A stretch of DNA of 64,000 nt from Antedon mediterranea (GCF_964355755.1 NC_092670.1:7802201-7866200), one strand, 5' to 3'; numbered from the stretch's first letter, positions 1-14,108 are shown. Made by a program: numbers and translations. The notes: generated by a model not told the origin, from the sequence alone.

Positions 1-854
1 ACCAGTTGTTTTGCAACGCAACGGGAAAAATCGATTAAAACACTCTATTCGTACTTTAAAAATATAGCCTGTATTCTTGGAAAATTATCTGACGAGAATC
101 CATAAATTTCCCGCCTGGGTGTATACCATATACGTGCGTAGGTATAAATGGAAACATAGGCCTACGTAGGCCTATTATAGTTAATAATGACATTACAATA
201 ATAGTCTATAGTAGTGGGCACGGGGAATGTTAAGATCATTCATTGAATACAGAGGGTGGGTGTGTGAGGTTTTGATGTTGATGTTGGTAGAAAATGTGCT
301 CACCCCTGAAATAACAGACATTATTGAAGGTTATTACAATGAACTGAACTGTCGATAGGCCTAATAAATGCGCGGCGATGGCTGTATTTTTGCATGCGCC
401 GGGTTACCATAAAAATACTCTTTTCGTAAAAACAACGACATTACAACGTAAATATAAAATCTGCGACTGAAATAAAAATATCTTTACAGAGAGAGTAATA
501 ATTTATGCTAAAATATGATCCTTCCCCTACGGTGTTATAGTTTAATATATAACTGAAAAATTGAATTTAAATGATATTGAATAATTACGTTTATCCTGTC
601 AAATGTACTATGTATATTTATTTTACACGAAGGAATTACCTTGATTACTTTGAATGTACAGTAATGAATCGTAAAGTTATAATTGTATCGCAATTGTTGA
701 GGGCGACATAACACAACATTATTCGTTCCTAAGAGAAACACTTACCTTAAATTAAAAGTATCCCCTTTCTAAAGTTTATACAAGTCAATGGAAATATTTA
801 ATTATTTTGAATTAAGTGAAATACTTATATATTTAAGGGAAATATATAACATAT

Positions 855-3118
855 CGTCGTCGGCATCACGAAGTGACACTAACCTAAAAATCTGGAATTT
901 TTGAAAAATTTTTTTCTTCCATATTTTGATTATGTATATCAAACTCTATGTTTTCACAAAATGTAAACATTCAAATATCATTAATTAACTAATTACATTA
1001 ATTAGACAATATCAAAAAACACCATCATATGGAATTTGCGTTTTTACGAAGTGACACTAAATATTAATTACCCGTATGTGCTGCTTGCGAGCGCCACACT
1101 GGTAATGAATTTTGCGCGTTTGTTTACTGTTTTGGCCTAGTCTACACAGCCTAGCTAGGAGGATCTGGACCCACACTCCACAACATTGCATTTCATCAAG
1201 AAAGACGGTAAGTTAATTAGTTTATTTAAAGAATTTTAGTCTGCTCATGTATTCCTCATGTCGAGGCCTATTATATATTTATTTTATAATTAATATAAAA
1301 CAGTAATTTGACACACTTTATTTAGCCTACTACTACTAGCTAGGCATAGTAGGTAGGCCTAGGCCTAGACCTATTACTTTACTGTGACGTTTAGGCATAG
1401 CTAGCTTGCCCAGATCTACCTAGGTTAGCATCTGGCCTGGCGTACATTATTCGGTTAGTAGGCCTAGTTAGTTAGGTCCTCTAAGCCTAGCCTAGGCCTA
1501 ACAAACTAGAGTATGCGTATGCCCAGGGAATAGTAGTAGTAGTAGTAGTAGTACTACTACTTGGCTAGAGTAGACTCTTTAGCTAGGCTAAACTACTCTG
1601 CTTGATTTTTAACAATAAGAAATCACTGTTATTTTTAAAATGTTGTTTTTTTCAGAACAGTTTCAAGAAAATAAGATAAGGGGGAACAACCGAAATTCGA
1701 TCAACAAGCAATCTATCTACATCAATTTAAGGGAGAAGGTATCAAGTTCAAGGTTTAAAAATGGGGGAGGTGTATGTAGGCAGCCTGTAGCAAGTGTTTA
1801 TGTTATATGAGCATTTTAGATGATGTTTACATCACAGAACAATGGATTGAATAAATTAAAAAGCACACTGGTAATAGAAAAAAAATAATGTAACGACATT
1901 GATTAAGTATTTATTGATTTATAACAATAGAGAATAATTTTTGATATAAATTAATACTGGCTGAAATACCAATTGTAATACTGAATTATTAATCGTTCAA
2001 TGTTGAAAAAATAAATAATATTAATAATATGGAGAAAAAAATATGAATATGTACATTATGCTTACTGTACATTCCAGATAGGCCTATTTATATATCTATG
2101 TAATTTGATGTTTTTATTAAAAGTGTTAAAGTAGGTCAAACTATGTTTTTAGATTTATTTGATGTGGTTGTTTCATTTATAAATAACCTAACCCTTTCTG
2201 CACTATCAAACTAGTTCGACAAAAAAAGTTTGATGTGCCCAAATATGGAGTGATATTATGCCATTGTGTCCATATAAGCACATCAAATTAATGTTGGTCA
2301 CATTAAGTTTGATTTTATTTATTTCAACAATATTTACTAGGGTGGTCCTTCCAGTCGAAGGTGATCATTAGATAGAGAGAACCTCACAAAAATGCAATTT
2401 GATAAGACAATAACATACAACAATTAAAAATTAAATAAAAATAAATAGAATTTATGAAAACTAACAAACTAAATTAATGGAAAAATGAATAGAATCAAAA
2501 GGGAAATCAATGAAAACAATACATTAAATGGCCATCTCAGAGGAGATGGCCATGTAATAAATAAGGAAGAGATGGTTCTTGAGCAAAAATTTGATGGAAA
2601 TGGAAGATGAAGCAAGTCGGATAGTGCAGGCAGGGCTTAAAGGAGACATGCATGTTTGTAATGTATATAAATAGTGTTCACTTATCAAGGACCATACATA
2701 ATTGTTATGATGTAAGATCATTGCATTGGAAAGCTATGAATTACACAGTAGTGTCACTTCCAACGCACTAGAAATACGTGGTGAAATCGAATTTGCGGTT
2801 TCACGAAGTGACACTAACTGCGTTAGTGTCACTTCGTAAGCGTAAACTACGTAGGGAAATGAATGTTTCGGTTTCACGAAGTGACACTAAAGTTTAACTT
2901 TAATTTACTTGGTAATTAATTAATATGATTAAAATTAAATTAAAGTAATGGGTAGCTGGATTGTCTAACTTTGTATGTATGTAAATTAAAAATCTTAGTG
3001 ACAATTTTTTGAGGACGAAATCGTGTGTTTTGTGAAGCTCGTTTCTTCAATCGCGTTTTTCTCGAAACGCTGTTTTTATCAATCACGCGGTTAGTGTCAC
3101 TTCGTGGTGTCGACGACG
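855..3118. mobile_element. Non-autonomous TIR DNA transposon (Sola1-like by its TSD), about 2.26 kb
   Basis: Left end CGTCGTCGGCATCACGAAGTGACACTAACC (855-884) is the reverse complement of the right end GGTTAGTGTCACTTCGTGGTGTCGACGACG (3089-3118), with 2 mismatches. ATAT flanks both sides (851-854, 3119-3122). The subterminal motif ACGAAGTGACACTAA recurs near 1046, 2803 and 2876, and inverted near 2750 and 2823. An AWWT target is characteristic of Sola1 (family call is inference). No transposase ORF. Confidence 0.8.
2317..2740 (-). mobile_element. 3' fragment of an L2/CR1-group LINE nested in the TIR element
   Basis: The minus strand encodes ...PACTIRLASSSISIKFLLKNHLF, resembling the L2 ORF2 C-terminus (lP..IR...Sl..FK..LKthLF). 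It is followed by a hairpin (ATGGCCATCTC-AGAG-GAGATGGCCAT, about 2528-2553) and a 3' tail ending in AATAAATAAAAT. Confidence 0.55.
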
Positions 3119-4499
3119 ATATGTATGATTGGTAAATACGGTCAGTGAGTGAGTTGACCAATCACAAATGCGTCGAGATTAGTCAAACTATAACCTGGGT
3201 TGTGCTTACGTCCTTGCATTAGAACCAGGTTATAATTATAAGAGAATAGAGAATGAACTAACTGACAGAAGAATTACAAAAAAAAAACACATGAATGGCC
3301 GCGTATTCATGAAACAAAATAATTTAATTAAGACGACCAACACTAGAATAAGAAAATGATAATATCTGGGGTAGCCTATATCAAAATAGTTAAATATTAC
3401 ATTCGAGTTTGTTTAATTCAGTTCAGTCTACACATTCGCTATATGAGTATTGAAAGACCAATAATTCTATTTTCATACAATTTCAGTTATTTTTACCTGT
3501 CAAAGTTATCAATTATGTTTTAATGCGTGGCTTTGGTCGAATGTGACATCTAGTCTACGAAAGCATCAGTGCGTATTTATGAAGCTTAGAGACACGTACA
3601 GAAGGCGATGTAAAGTGTTTAGTTGTTTTTCGGAAACATATTCGCAGCTTTGGATAACTAAAAGTTTATGTTTATCAATTACATGATACAGCACAGAGTA
3701 TGTGCTTCATTAAATTATTAAAAATGCCATGAATTTATTAACATCGTATTAGTTACAAATAAATATACACTTGGCGCTCCATACAAGGGTGACAAAAAAA
3801 AATAATATTGCGAAGAACACTGTTTTTATTTTTTTTTCAGTGTACTTATGCATAACATAGATAAATCAAAGGCCATTTTAAAAACTACTATTTTACGCAA
3901 AGGAATTTTTGTAATTACGTTGGATTTAATGAAGAATAAAATTATATTTTTCAATACTACTGAACGGTTATAGTTGAAAACAAATTTTGTGTTGGGGTGG
4001 AGGAGAGGGGTGGTGGAGGTCATATTTGTTTAATTTATGGATAAATACATTAAATACCGTATCGTTGTTTTAAATCTTATTTATTATGATATTTAATTTG
4101 TAATTGAATTTATGTTTTTTCAACCTTTAACAATCACCTAACAAACTCTTATCTGTACATTATTCAATAGACATGGGATCTTAGTTATGTATATAGTTTA
4201 ATATACAGTAGATGTTTAAATTATACTGTGACCAATGTGGAACAAAAAACAACCTGTCTAAAAGGTTTTTCTTGTAATTTGGCGGCGTCGTCATAAAACG
4301 TAAAGAGCACATTCGTTACATAATACCGGCACATCTTAGACAGGTTTGTTACTGCTGTCAATGCCCATTAAGTAAACAATAATATATGCTATAACATAAA
4401 CATGCTATGTTTTTATGGGTCAGATAGTGAAACAATTTTTCAATGCACTATTCCCAAATCTTTCAATTTATTGGTGGCGCAATCAGATTTTTGTTGAAG

Positions 4500-4618
4500 C
4501 AATTCTTATGTATGACGATCATAGGACAAGTTCTTACAAGGCCCTTCTACTCTAACAATTCTTATGTATGACGATCATAGGACAAGTTCTTACAAGGCCC
4601 TTCTACTCTAACAATTCT
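4500..4618. repeat. Perfect 56-bp tandem duplication
   Basis: CAATTCTTATGTATGACGATCATAGGACAAGTTCTTACAAGGCCCTTCTACTCTAA starts at 4500 and again at 4556, with a partial third start at 4612. Confidence 0.95.
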
Positions 4619-5294
4619 AATGTATAGTATAAGTAGTTTTGAACACTTTTATTTACATTTGTATTAACTACAACAGCGTCTTTTTTAACTACCATGGCCT
4701 AGCCGAGCTAGTAGGCCTACAAGTAGTTACGTAGTACACGCCACAGTGGCCCGGGCATAGGCCTCACTACACCTGCACCAAGATTATTAGCATATTGAAT
4801 TAGCGCCACGAGCGGTTTGTTATGATTTCATACCCATTTCAATCGCAGGCCTGTAATGTTTGTTACCATTTCTTTCTATTGATTTAGTCGTGCTATTAGT
4901 AGGCGTAATTTTGTTACTCTAGTAAAAGTAACGATCTTAGTTATTTACAACAATCAAAATGGCTTTGACCATAAAAAAATCTAATATAAAATAAAACTAA
5001 GTTATTAAGGTAAAAATAATTGAACATATATTATAATATTAGATTAAAAACATGGTTCAATGTTATAAAACACGTAGTGTTTTTTACTTTGACCAAAAAA
5101 TTGCATAAAAACATATTATTTAGGTATACCTTAACTGTATTTATCAATTAATAAGGTTCTGGTTAAATATAACTGTTTATTTTGTATTTTGTCTTTTTGT
5201 ACGAGGAATTATTATTTTGTTTTCACATTTTGAAACTAGGCCTACTAAAAATAGTCATTCATTTTTTAAAACATTTTTATTTGCGTAACAGCAC

Positions 5295-6368
5295 ATGATT
5301 ATATACAAATTAAATCAATATGGAATTAATGGCACTCTTCTAAAATGGTTCCAAAGTTACTTAAACTCACGTGAGCAACGTGTTATTATTGAAGGAACTA
5401 CCAGTCCTTGGGTGACCATTACAGCAGGAGTACCCCAAGGATCTGTTTTGGGTCCATTTTTATTTATTGTATTCATAAATGATATGGTTGATAATATCAA
5501 ATCTAATATTAGTTTATATGCAGATGATACTTCGTTATATGATATTTGTACAGATCGTAATATTTCAGAACAAAAATTAAATGGTGATCTTAATGTCATT
5601 TATAATTGGGCAAAAAAATGGAAAGTAACATTCAATGCTAACAAAACGAAAGCTATACTGTTTACACGTAAACATTTAGATAACTATGTTAGTTTAAATT
5701 TCAATAATGTAAATCTACAATTTGTAAATGATCATAGGCATCTTGGTGTAATGCTTAATGCAAAACTCAAGTGGGATTCCCATATCCAATCTGTAATTAA
5801 CAAAGCGTCTTTATCTTTAAATATGCTACGTCGTGTCAAACATATTCTACCTCGACAGGCTCTCTGTCACATTTACATATCACACGTTAGACCATTAATG
5901 GAATATGCAGCTCCTGTTTGGTGTAATATCCCAGATAAATTAAGTGATGAACTAGAAAATATCCAGATTTCTGCAGGTAGAATATGTACTGGTGCGTGGA
6001 AACATACAAGTCATAATGCATTAAGACAAGAATTAGGCTGGTTATCATTGGAAAAACGTAGACAATTTCTTAACCTAATACTGTTTTTTAAAATTATTCA
6101 TAAGTTAACACCGGTGTATCTTTACTCCTTATTTAATTTTTCTGACAATATTGAAGTTTATAACTTGCGTAACATCCGAAATATAATAATTCCATTTTGT
6201 AAGACCACATCATATCGTTTATCTTTTGTCCCATCTATTATAACACATTGGAATGAGTTAAATAATGAAATAAAAAATTCCTCATTTCTTGTTGAGTTTA
6301 AAAAATTGCTACTGAAATCCAATTGTTTGAAACAAAAAAACGTTCTTATTACAACTGACGCGTTTTAG
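5295..6368 (+). pseudogene. LINE ORF2 reverse transcriptase fragment (second half of RT plus thumb)
   Basis: 357 open codons with RT motifs PQGSVLGP and YADDT. The endonuclease and N-terminal RT are missing, and the ATG lies within the TSD rather than the element. Confidence 0.88.
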
Positions 6369-7801
6369 TCGCCGGTGAACGCATGGGTGAAATGTCTCCC
6401 CTTTGGTAAATTATGTGTCGAAAAATGGGGAATACATTTTATACGATTTGTTTAGGCCTAAGTAATATTTCCGATAAAAATGTCAGTATAATCAGGGAGC
6501 AACTCCCTGGTATAATTTACATGTATTGTAACCTCATGATTTGCACTGTACAACAACAGCATAATAATCTTATCAGATTGTTTATTAACTTTAAGCTAGG
6601 CCTAGCTAAGCCGTCTGCTCAGCCTAGCTAGCCTTGAATTTTTTGTCTAGGCCTATATGCATTCATGGGTTTGAAAATTCTTGGTCGTTTCGCCCCATTT
6701 ATCATTCCTGGGTTTTCTCGCACATTAGAATTGTGAAACACAAAATCCTATACAGAACTTCACTGCTGAGTGTCAGCCTAGCAGCTGGAGCCCAAGCAGC
6801 ATCGGTACATACCTACACTCTAGTAGGCCTAGGCCTAGCTTTAATTATTGAATATATAGCCACATGTTTCTCAAATCTCGTTAGATTTGACATTTTAGTA
6901 ATAAGTAGTCTCATAATCACATTATTACCCTGTGAAACATGATAGGGTCACATTCAGAATGTTTTAATATACTTTTTGCCCGTCAAAAATAACATCGCGA
7001 CAAAATAACAGATCGCCAGCTGCAGTAGTGTGATTGTGAAAAATGTCACGTGATCATACTCCCTAGCAAATTAAAAAACCCAATTGGACCCGAACGGGGG
7101 AAAGTGTCTATTTACGCAAAATTGCGCAATGTATACGCGATAACTATACCAGAAATAGAAAGATCTGGAAAAATTACATAAAACTACATTTAAAATTTTT
7201 TTTTTAGTTAAGAAATTAATTTTTTAGGATTATTCAAATATACCCCCCTTTTGGATGTAAAAGAATAGGAAATTACAAGGTATCCCCCCAAAACGCAAAA
7301 AGGCGTGATTTTCAAGAAACTCGTACTCATTGAAAAAAAATTCAAAAAAATATGAAGTATGGGGGATGATATTTTTAAATAATAGTTGAAATGTATGAAA
7401 AATAGTAATTTTCTGGGTGGAGCTCCACTTTAATGTTGAGAATCCGCTTCATTTCTTATGTTACTGCCCTAATTATAATACACAAAGAGATATTCTACTT
7501 GTAAGCGCTAACTCAATTATTGAGGATATCTTAGCCAAGGATTTTTCTTTAACATTTAATTTTACATTTTTAAGTGAAATTTTTATTTTTGGTTCCGATC
7601 TTCTTTCGAATTGTGAAAATGCTTTATTATTTTATTATGTACAACAATTTCTTGTTAATTCTGGAAGATTTAATTGATGTTTCTGTTAGTTGTTTTAAAA
7701 TGTTGTATTTGTTAATCTGAGGCGCCTTGAAGCTAAGATGGTTCCATCTTGTAAGGCGCCTCTGTGTAATATACTGAATAAAAAAAAAAACAAAAAAAAA
7801 A
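5299..7801 (+). mobile_element. 5'-truncated non-LTR retrotransposon (CR1/L2-group LINE) with poly(A) tail and 12-bp TSD, interrupted by a secondary insertion
   Basis: RT motifs in ORF 5295-6368 (GVPQGSVLGP, YADDT, HLGV, W..HI). The C-terminal Zn-knuckle remnant ENPLHFLCYCPNY lies in ORF 7417-7677. A 3' stem-loop (7739-7763 arm with 7719-7730) precedes AATAAA and an A-rich tail at about 7777-7801. Direct repeat AACAGCACATGA at 5287-5298 and 7802-7813. Confidence 0.92.
6357..7415. mobile_element. Unclassified ~1.05-kb insertion splitting LINE ORF2
   Basis: LINE similarity stops near 6356 and resumes near 7416. The intervening DNA is non-coding and has a TAGGCCTA-rich core (6590-6850). No clear TIR or TSD found, so boundaries are approximate. 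Confidence 0.55.
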
Positions 7802-9791
7802 AACAGCACATGAACATGAAACATGTAGGCTAAATAAGCTGCTTTCATACTAGTACATTATTGGCAATCGGTTCTTTAAGTCCATCTCAAATACAATAAT
7901 ACGAACAACTCGTTTATACACAGTTAAAATTACATTTTCTGTAGCAAGTTACAAATGCAGTCAGAGTAAAAAATTATTATTGTAGGCCTAATTAGAAAAA
8001 AAAAATATCTAGGTTAGGTCAATAATAAGAATCACGCCTCTTAAGAATATTACGTTACGCACTGACAATAAGACAACTCAACCGAGATTTATTTTTGATT
8101 AAATCCCGAACGGGTGCTACAAGTGAACAGCGCACATGTACCTGCGCACAAATACGTGAGGCAATGTACACCTGTCGCGTGTTTACAGCCATCTCATAAA
8201 AGTAAACATCGTTATGATGTGCACTCTAGTAATACATACAGCACCAGGTGCGAAAGAAAGCTGAAGATGAATGATACAACATTAGTATGTAACATCGTTA
8301 TACTATACGATGAATCATGCACTACATTTGACTAATGACGACTTGGAAACGTCCATTATTAAAAAGTAATTACTACGCATGCATATGCAGTAATGCCACT
8401 ATAATTGACGATTTTGTGTGGCTTAGTGTAATAGTTAATCTGGCCAAATGCCGATTGAAATTATTAGTAATATTACTGAAAGGTAATTATAAACCAGAAA
8501 TATTAAAAAATACTGTACATTAAAAACGTATCGAGGCAAAACTTAACATACACAAGTTTATCCTTACCATTTAATTTGTATATCAGTTTTTGTTTCACAG
8601 AATAATTAAACATCTAGGCCTATTGAATGTTTCTATTGAATGGTTCTATTACACGGTATGCATTTGTGCATTCGAAAATCAGTCGTTACGGTAAGTGTTG
8701 TATACTGCTTTAATTAGCAGCCAAATTGGGACACATTGAGTAAAAGGGAAGCTTGGAATACATACAAGTTTACCTACAACTTTAAAGTAGGTGTTTGTGA
8801 AAGAAATAATTAATATTGTGTATTCGTCGCTAAATCGACAGCATTTTTGCTGGCTTATTTTGTGTAACTATGCAGGTCCAGTTCGCGACTTGTTCGTAAA
8901 CCTCTTATCATTCATTAGGCCTATAAATTGTAAATTAGCAACATCTTTCCCGCTGCAGAGAGATTACTTTGTTAAAACATATCTGGGCATTGCTATCATT
9001 CGCTTCTCAGTTAATAATTGCCTATATACATTACAGTGGATCTGTTAAACTAAATATTATTATTAGAGCAATGCTGTATCTTATTAATAAAGTAAAATAT
9101 TGTTATTAGGTCATATGATTATATCATTAAATAACCTTCAATTAACTAACTACTTATTTAAACGCATGCGCAGTACGCCTAATACAAGGCGTGTTATTGC
9201 CCTCAAGCCACTAATGTCTTCTACTTATATTTAAAAACAAGTGCATGATCGATACAACTATCCAAGTCACTTAATAAATATCAGTATAACAGCCTCAAGT
9301 CACGAAGACCTAGTAAAACACCTGGACTCATCACTCAATATTAGTATTTAGAACTTGTGTTAAGGAAAATACACTCGTACACCTTTATCGTTATCGGAGC
9401 AATGTGAAAGACAGTGTCAGCAACACGAACGTGTCAATAATTATTTATAAAAATAAAACGTAATCGACAGCCCGTATAAAAATGAGTTTAAAAGGTGATC
9501 GATGTCTGGTGTCTGGTTGATTTAATTTCAGTTTATAATTAGAATAGATATTTATTGTTTTGCCTAAGGGTATTAACAACAATAAACTTATTAACAAACA
9601 TGGTTAACTACATAATTGATAGGAACAGAGTAGAACATTTATTTCATAATCAATTCAAATGAAAATAATAAAAGATGATAGAACAGTCAGATTATCGTTT
9701 AATTTCATTATCAATAAAAAAAACATGACGAACTACAGAAAGAAACAACAGTAGCAGTTATAATTTGTTATAGTTTGTAGATTTGCATCAG

Positions 9792-9894
9792 AACATGGGC
9801 ATATACATGACTGCAGTCGCGTGCTCAAGTTAGTGTTTACCGACCAACCGACATAGTGAGCTGTGGAGTCTCGTTGCACGCACGCGACTAAAAA
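9792..9894 (-). mobile_element. Short interspersed Helentron/DINE-like element, family C, copy 1
   Basis: Sub-terminal inverted repeats AGTCGCGTGC (9815-9824) and GCACGCGACT (9880-9889), a CCGA-type core and A-run ends. Clearly similar to 35172-35303 and 39341-39452. Confidence 0.65.
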
Positions 9895-10755
9895 TAACAA
9901 TCGTTTTCCCATACAACCAAACCCCAACCATCATCCATACCCCCACCCCTTTCGACAACCACTCCGTACAAGAAACCACTTTGTGTTCATTGTTTCATTT
10001 CCTAATAATATCAGTTGTAGATAAGATAGGGAAGTAATAATATGCTTTTATAGATACGTATGTTGAAACTCACTTTGCCGAAACTGTTACGCCTTCGTCA
10101 AATCGGTAATACAATAACGATGTTGGATTTAATGCTATATTCTATTATTCTAGGAAGGCCCTTTATGCATTCTGTCTAACATACCAAAACTGCTTTTTGC
10201 AGGTATCAAATGATTGTTATTGCGAAAATGTATGCATGATTAATGGTCAAACATTAAGCTGTTATCTCCGGGGTACTCTTTGACTTTCACATAACTTTTG
10301 CCATTTGCAAAATACATACTTATAGTTTGCGAATTGTCCGGTTTCTGACGGATTTGAATAAAATGGCATAATGATTAACGTCATATGAAACCGTCACGCG
10401 CACTCATTCGGGAATGCTATACAGGTTTATGATGTATATTACGATTACAATTACGACTAAATTCATCAAATCAGACGATTAAATATATTTTGAGATTCAA
10501 TCACTAAGCCACACAAAACAAAATGTTTGACCAATCACAAGCGGTAGTTTGAAAGATCACTCGTTTGTCAGGTGTAAAACCAGGAAAAAAACTCTGATTA
10601 TTACTTGATCGTATCGGTTTGTAGGATTCTTTGTATGCATTCAGTATGTAGGGCTTTGTTCGGGCTTAGTTCTTAACCCGAGTATTAAGTTGGTTCGTAC
10701 CCATCAAAGTTAGCGAAAAAAGTAACTACCGGTAGGCCTACAAGATTGTGTAACT

Positions 10756-10943
10756 TACGCTTTGTTCATAAGACGCAGACATAAGGTTGACGTATTATTT
10801 GAACCAATCACACGCAATGGATTATTAGGACGAAACGCAAGAACGTAATCATATTGACCAATCAAAATCGATAGATTATTCGAAATGTCGCTTGTCATTG
10901 GTCAACTCGCTTGCATTGACGTTCTTAGCGAGAACCAAGCTTA
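10756..10943. mobile_element. Degenerate MITE, family B
   Basis: Ends in GAGAACCAAGCTT and has internal ACGCAAG/CCAATCA/ATTGGTCAA motifs shared with 49450-49623. Confidence 0.5.
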
Positions 10944-13779
10944 AGTATAAAGTAAAACCCATTTTATACGAATTAATGTAGGCCTATTTAGGAAATATAT
11001 TTATGTGTGACATGCCAAGATGTTTAGGATGATTACATTCGCCACAAACGCGGTTACCAACAGTTCACATGAAGCTTCGATTGCGATGTGTATGCACAAA
11101 TCAAGACTGATTGCACAAAAAAACAAACACAACAAACGTAGGCCTGGTAGGCCTAGTATAGTACTACTATATTACTAAAATCATTCAAACATACATAGGG
11201 TAGGCCTAACTAAATATAAACAATGTAGATTGTAGCCTACCTGCAGAGTCCATCGCAATTCAATTTTAGTGATAGGTCTTTCGAAGTTTCAGTACGTCTG
11301 TCAATCATTGTAACGGTTAACATAGGAAATGGTTGTTTATACTATGGGAAGCCAAATTCGCCAAAAGTGTTAATTTAATTTGATTCAATGATTAAGACGA
11401 ACGTTTTTATTAATGAAATCCGAATCCTTGCAATATAATACGTAAATTATTCACTGACAATATTTTTTTTTAAGATTACAAAGTAACTGCAAGCCGGACA
11501 GCAAACAGCAAACAACTGCATGATAACTAGCCTCACTGATCCACAACTGTTAGATGATTTGTTTTATGCAGGATGATTGTCTTTGAGTTAATTGTATATT
11601 GTCTTCTGCAGTGCAAGGGGAATTGTCCTGTATTATTCATGTTTTCTACATTAATACATTGGGGAAAAATAATGTGTCCGGTGCGCGAAACTTCTATTAC
11701 TCGACCTCTCAGGCAGAAATCATGAATAATTCATGAGATAAGATAGGACATTGTAGGGGGCGCTATTTCTCTTCCGGGTCAGAGCGGTGTACTAACTATG
11801 CATGATTTGATCATTTGAAAGTATTTCGCGTCACGATCTACTTTAGTTACAACTAACAGCAAGGTGCTATGCCACCATGCGCTTAAACTAGCTCAGGGAA
11901 GGAAATTTAAACCAAAGCTATAATACACGTATTCACAAGTTGTAAATCCTTAAGGTACCAAACAAAAATACCGATATCGAAGGAAATACATTGAGAATGA
12001 ATGCATGAGATGTAGCCTATTCGTCATATTACTTCGTGAGTGATCCTCCTAGCATGACTAATTAGTTTTTACAAGTTATTCTCTAGAATGATGTTGATCG
12101 AGTCATTGACTAGCAAGTGTCACTTTAGATAGTATCAAACGATTCTGTGCGCTCTCAATTCTAGAGTCTAGACGTAATTCAAAGTATGTTTATCAAAATG
12201 AACGTTGGTGTAACTTGCGTTCAAGTAAATATTAAATCTGGGATCGTGAACAGTAATAACAACACATTAGATCGGTGATCACGCATGTTGCTCGCGTACA
12301 CACGCACAACCACATTTTAAAAATGTTGTAGTTCTTACACACTTCATGTTATACACGTACGTGCCAACAGTGTGATTACATTTTTTACACTTTACAAATG
12401 TATGTAAACAAAGATTATGACTTATATATCCTTGTATTTCAGTGTGGTAAGCTCTAAGTTATAATTGCAAAATGGTGATTTCCACAAGCACCTTAAACAT
12501 CATTCTAAATGCACGAAACGTACACGTGCAAACAAATTATTGTGTTATGTAATATTACTTTTCAACACATTGCACGTGAACGACATGTGTAAACAGGGAT
12601 GAGGAATAATTACCGGGTATACACGTTTGATTTAGTATTTTAACCGCAAAATTGGGATTTCTAGCTTCTTTTCAAAACCCATTTAGTGCGACAAAGACAC
12701 TGATCATCAATGTTCATAGACAGGCCGGGACCCCTTGCTTGCTGATCATAACTGTTACCAACCACCGTAAACTCAACCACAGTTCACATTCGTTTGAAAT
12801 GTGGGAGGAGACAGAATTACCATGTCACATGGTTAAATTCATGCCATCTCATTGGTTATTAACTGGTACGGTTTGATAATGTTATTACTTTTCCCGGGAT
12901 TATTGATTGTGCTGAATGTTGTATACGTACTCAATGTGTAAGAAAAAGGAAACGAAAACCAGCGAACAAGAAAACAAAAATGCGACAGACACTTTGATAC
13001 ACAGTTATCGTATACTGTAAAGGTAACAGTTCGTAGATGAACAAATAAGAGCAACCTAAGGTAAAAAACGGACTAAACTATGTACGTAAAACTGAGATAA
13101 CAATTAAGAAATTGACCAATTAAAAATCATACGACATTGGCATAACATTATTTAAATGCATCGGTATTTTCAGACCATTACTGTAGTCAATCCTCAAGTA
13201 GAATAATGACAAAGTTCATTCGTCCTGTATTATCAACATAACAACGCAGTAATGTGTGGAGTATCGGTAGCTTAAAACGGTTACGTTTATTTAAATTAAA
13301 CGTTCTGATATTTAAATAAGAATAAGAGATTGAAAGATCTTTTATAATGAAAATATTGAACAGTCGCTATAACATAATGCAGGCGATATGGTTAAGGGTT
13401 GATGTCATTTTTAAGTTAAAACCGTAAAAACATCGAGAAAGTCGTTAGTGGAATAAGATACGCTATATATTTTGAAACGTGTATTATTATTATTATCAAT
13501 GATGTTTTATTCTTTTATTTTTTATGTGTGCAATATTTTGTATTACAAAAAACAAATTATTATAATACCGGAAATATTAGACACGAATAAAGTTTATTTG
13601 TATAAACAAAACGGAAAATGCACGTGTATAAAATATGTGCAGTATGTCTAGCTCTACACGTGTAAACTAAGATTCCAATATTAATTCACGTTTCGGAAAC
13701 TTTTTGTTGGGCCTTTGCGTATTTGTGAATTACAATAGACTGAATAGGGTAGTGAAGACAGCTAGCAAAATCTGAAACG

Positions 13780-14108
13780 TAAAACTTAAACCCCTTAGAA
13801 AACATGTGCAATGATCTTGTAAATAAGAAAGTTAAATATATATCGCTGATGATACGCATCCCTTGCATGGAGAGTTTATAGTTAATAATAATAAGTCTGG
13901 TAGATTAAGAATGATGCGTATTAAAACAACTTGATTTAGGAATTCCTTTCTACCTTCAGCAGTCAGTGTATTTAACAAAAACAAACCTAGATAAGATAAT
14001 TATAATTTTTATTGTTGATAATATTTTTGGATTTTCGCAACAAAAAGACAAATTTCATACTGTACTATTTTGGCTTGTATGACAATAAAAGATCTGTATC
14101 TGTATCTG
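13780..14108 (+). mobile_element. Degenerate 3' fragment of a Rex1/Babar-like LINE
   Basis: Translates with a frameshift and a stop as LENMCNDLVNKKVKYI / IADDTHPLHGEFIVNNNKSGRLRMMRIKTT*FRNSFLPSAVSVFN, matching the D..HPLH..F...SGR.R...KT.R...SF.P.A C-terminus. Ends AATAAAAG(ATCTGT)n. Confidence 0.65.

Noticed and set aside
5295-6368. RT ORF as a retron, DGR or domesticated host gene
   Set aside because: It has LINE-type motifs, a 5' truncation, a poly(A) tail and a TSD, so it is an ordinary retrotransposon copy.
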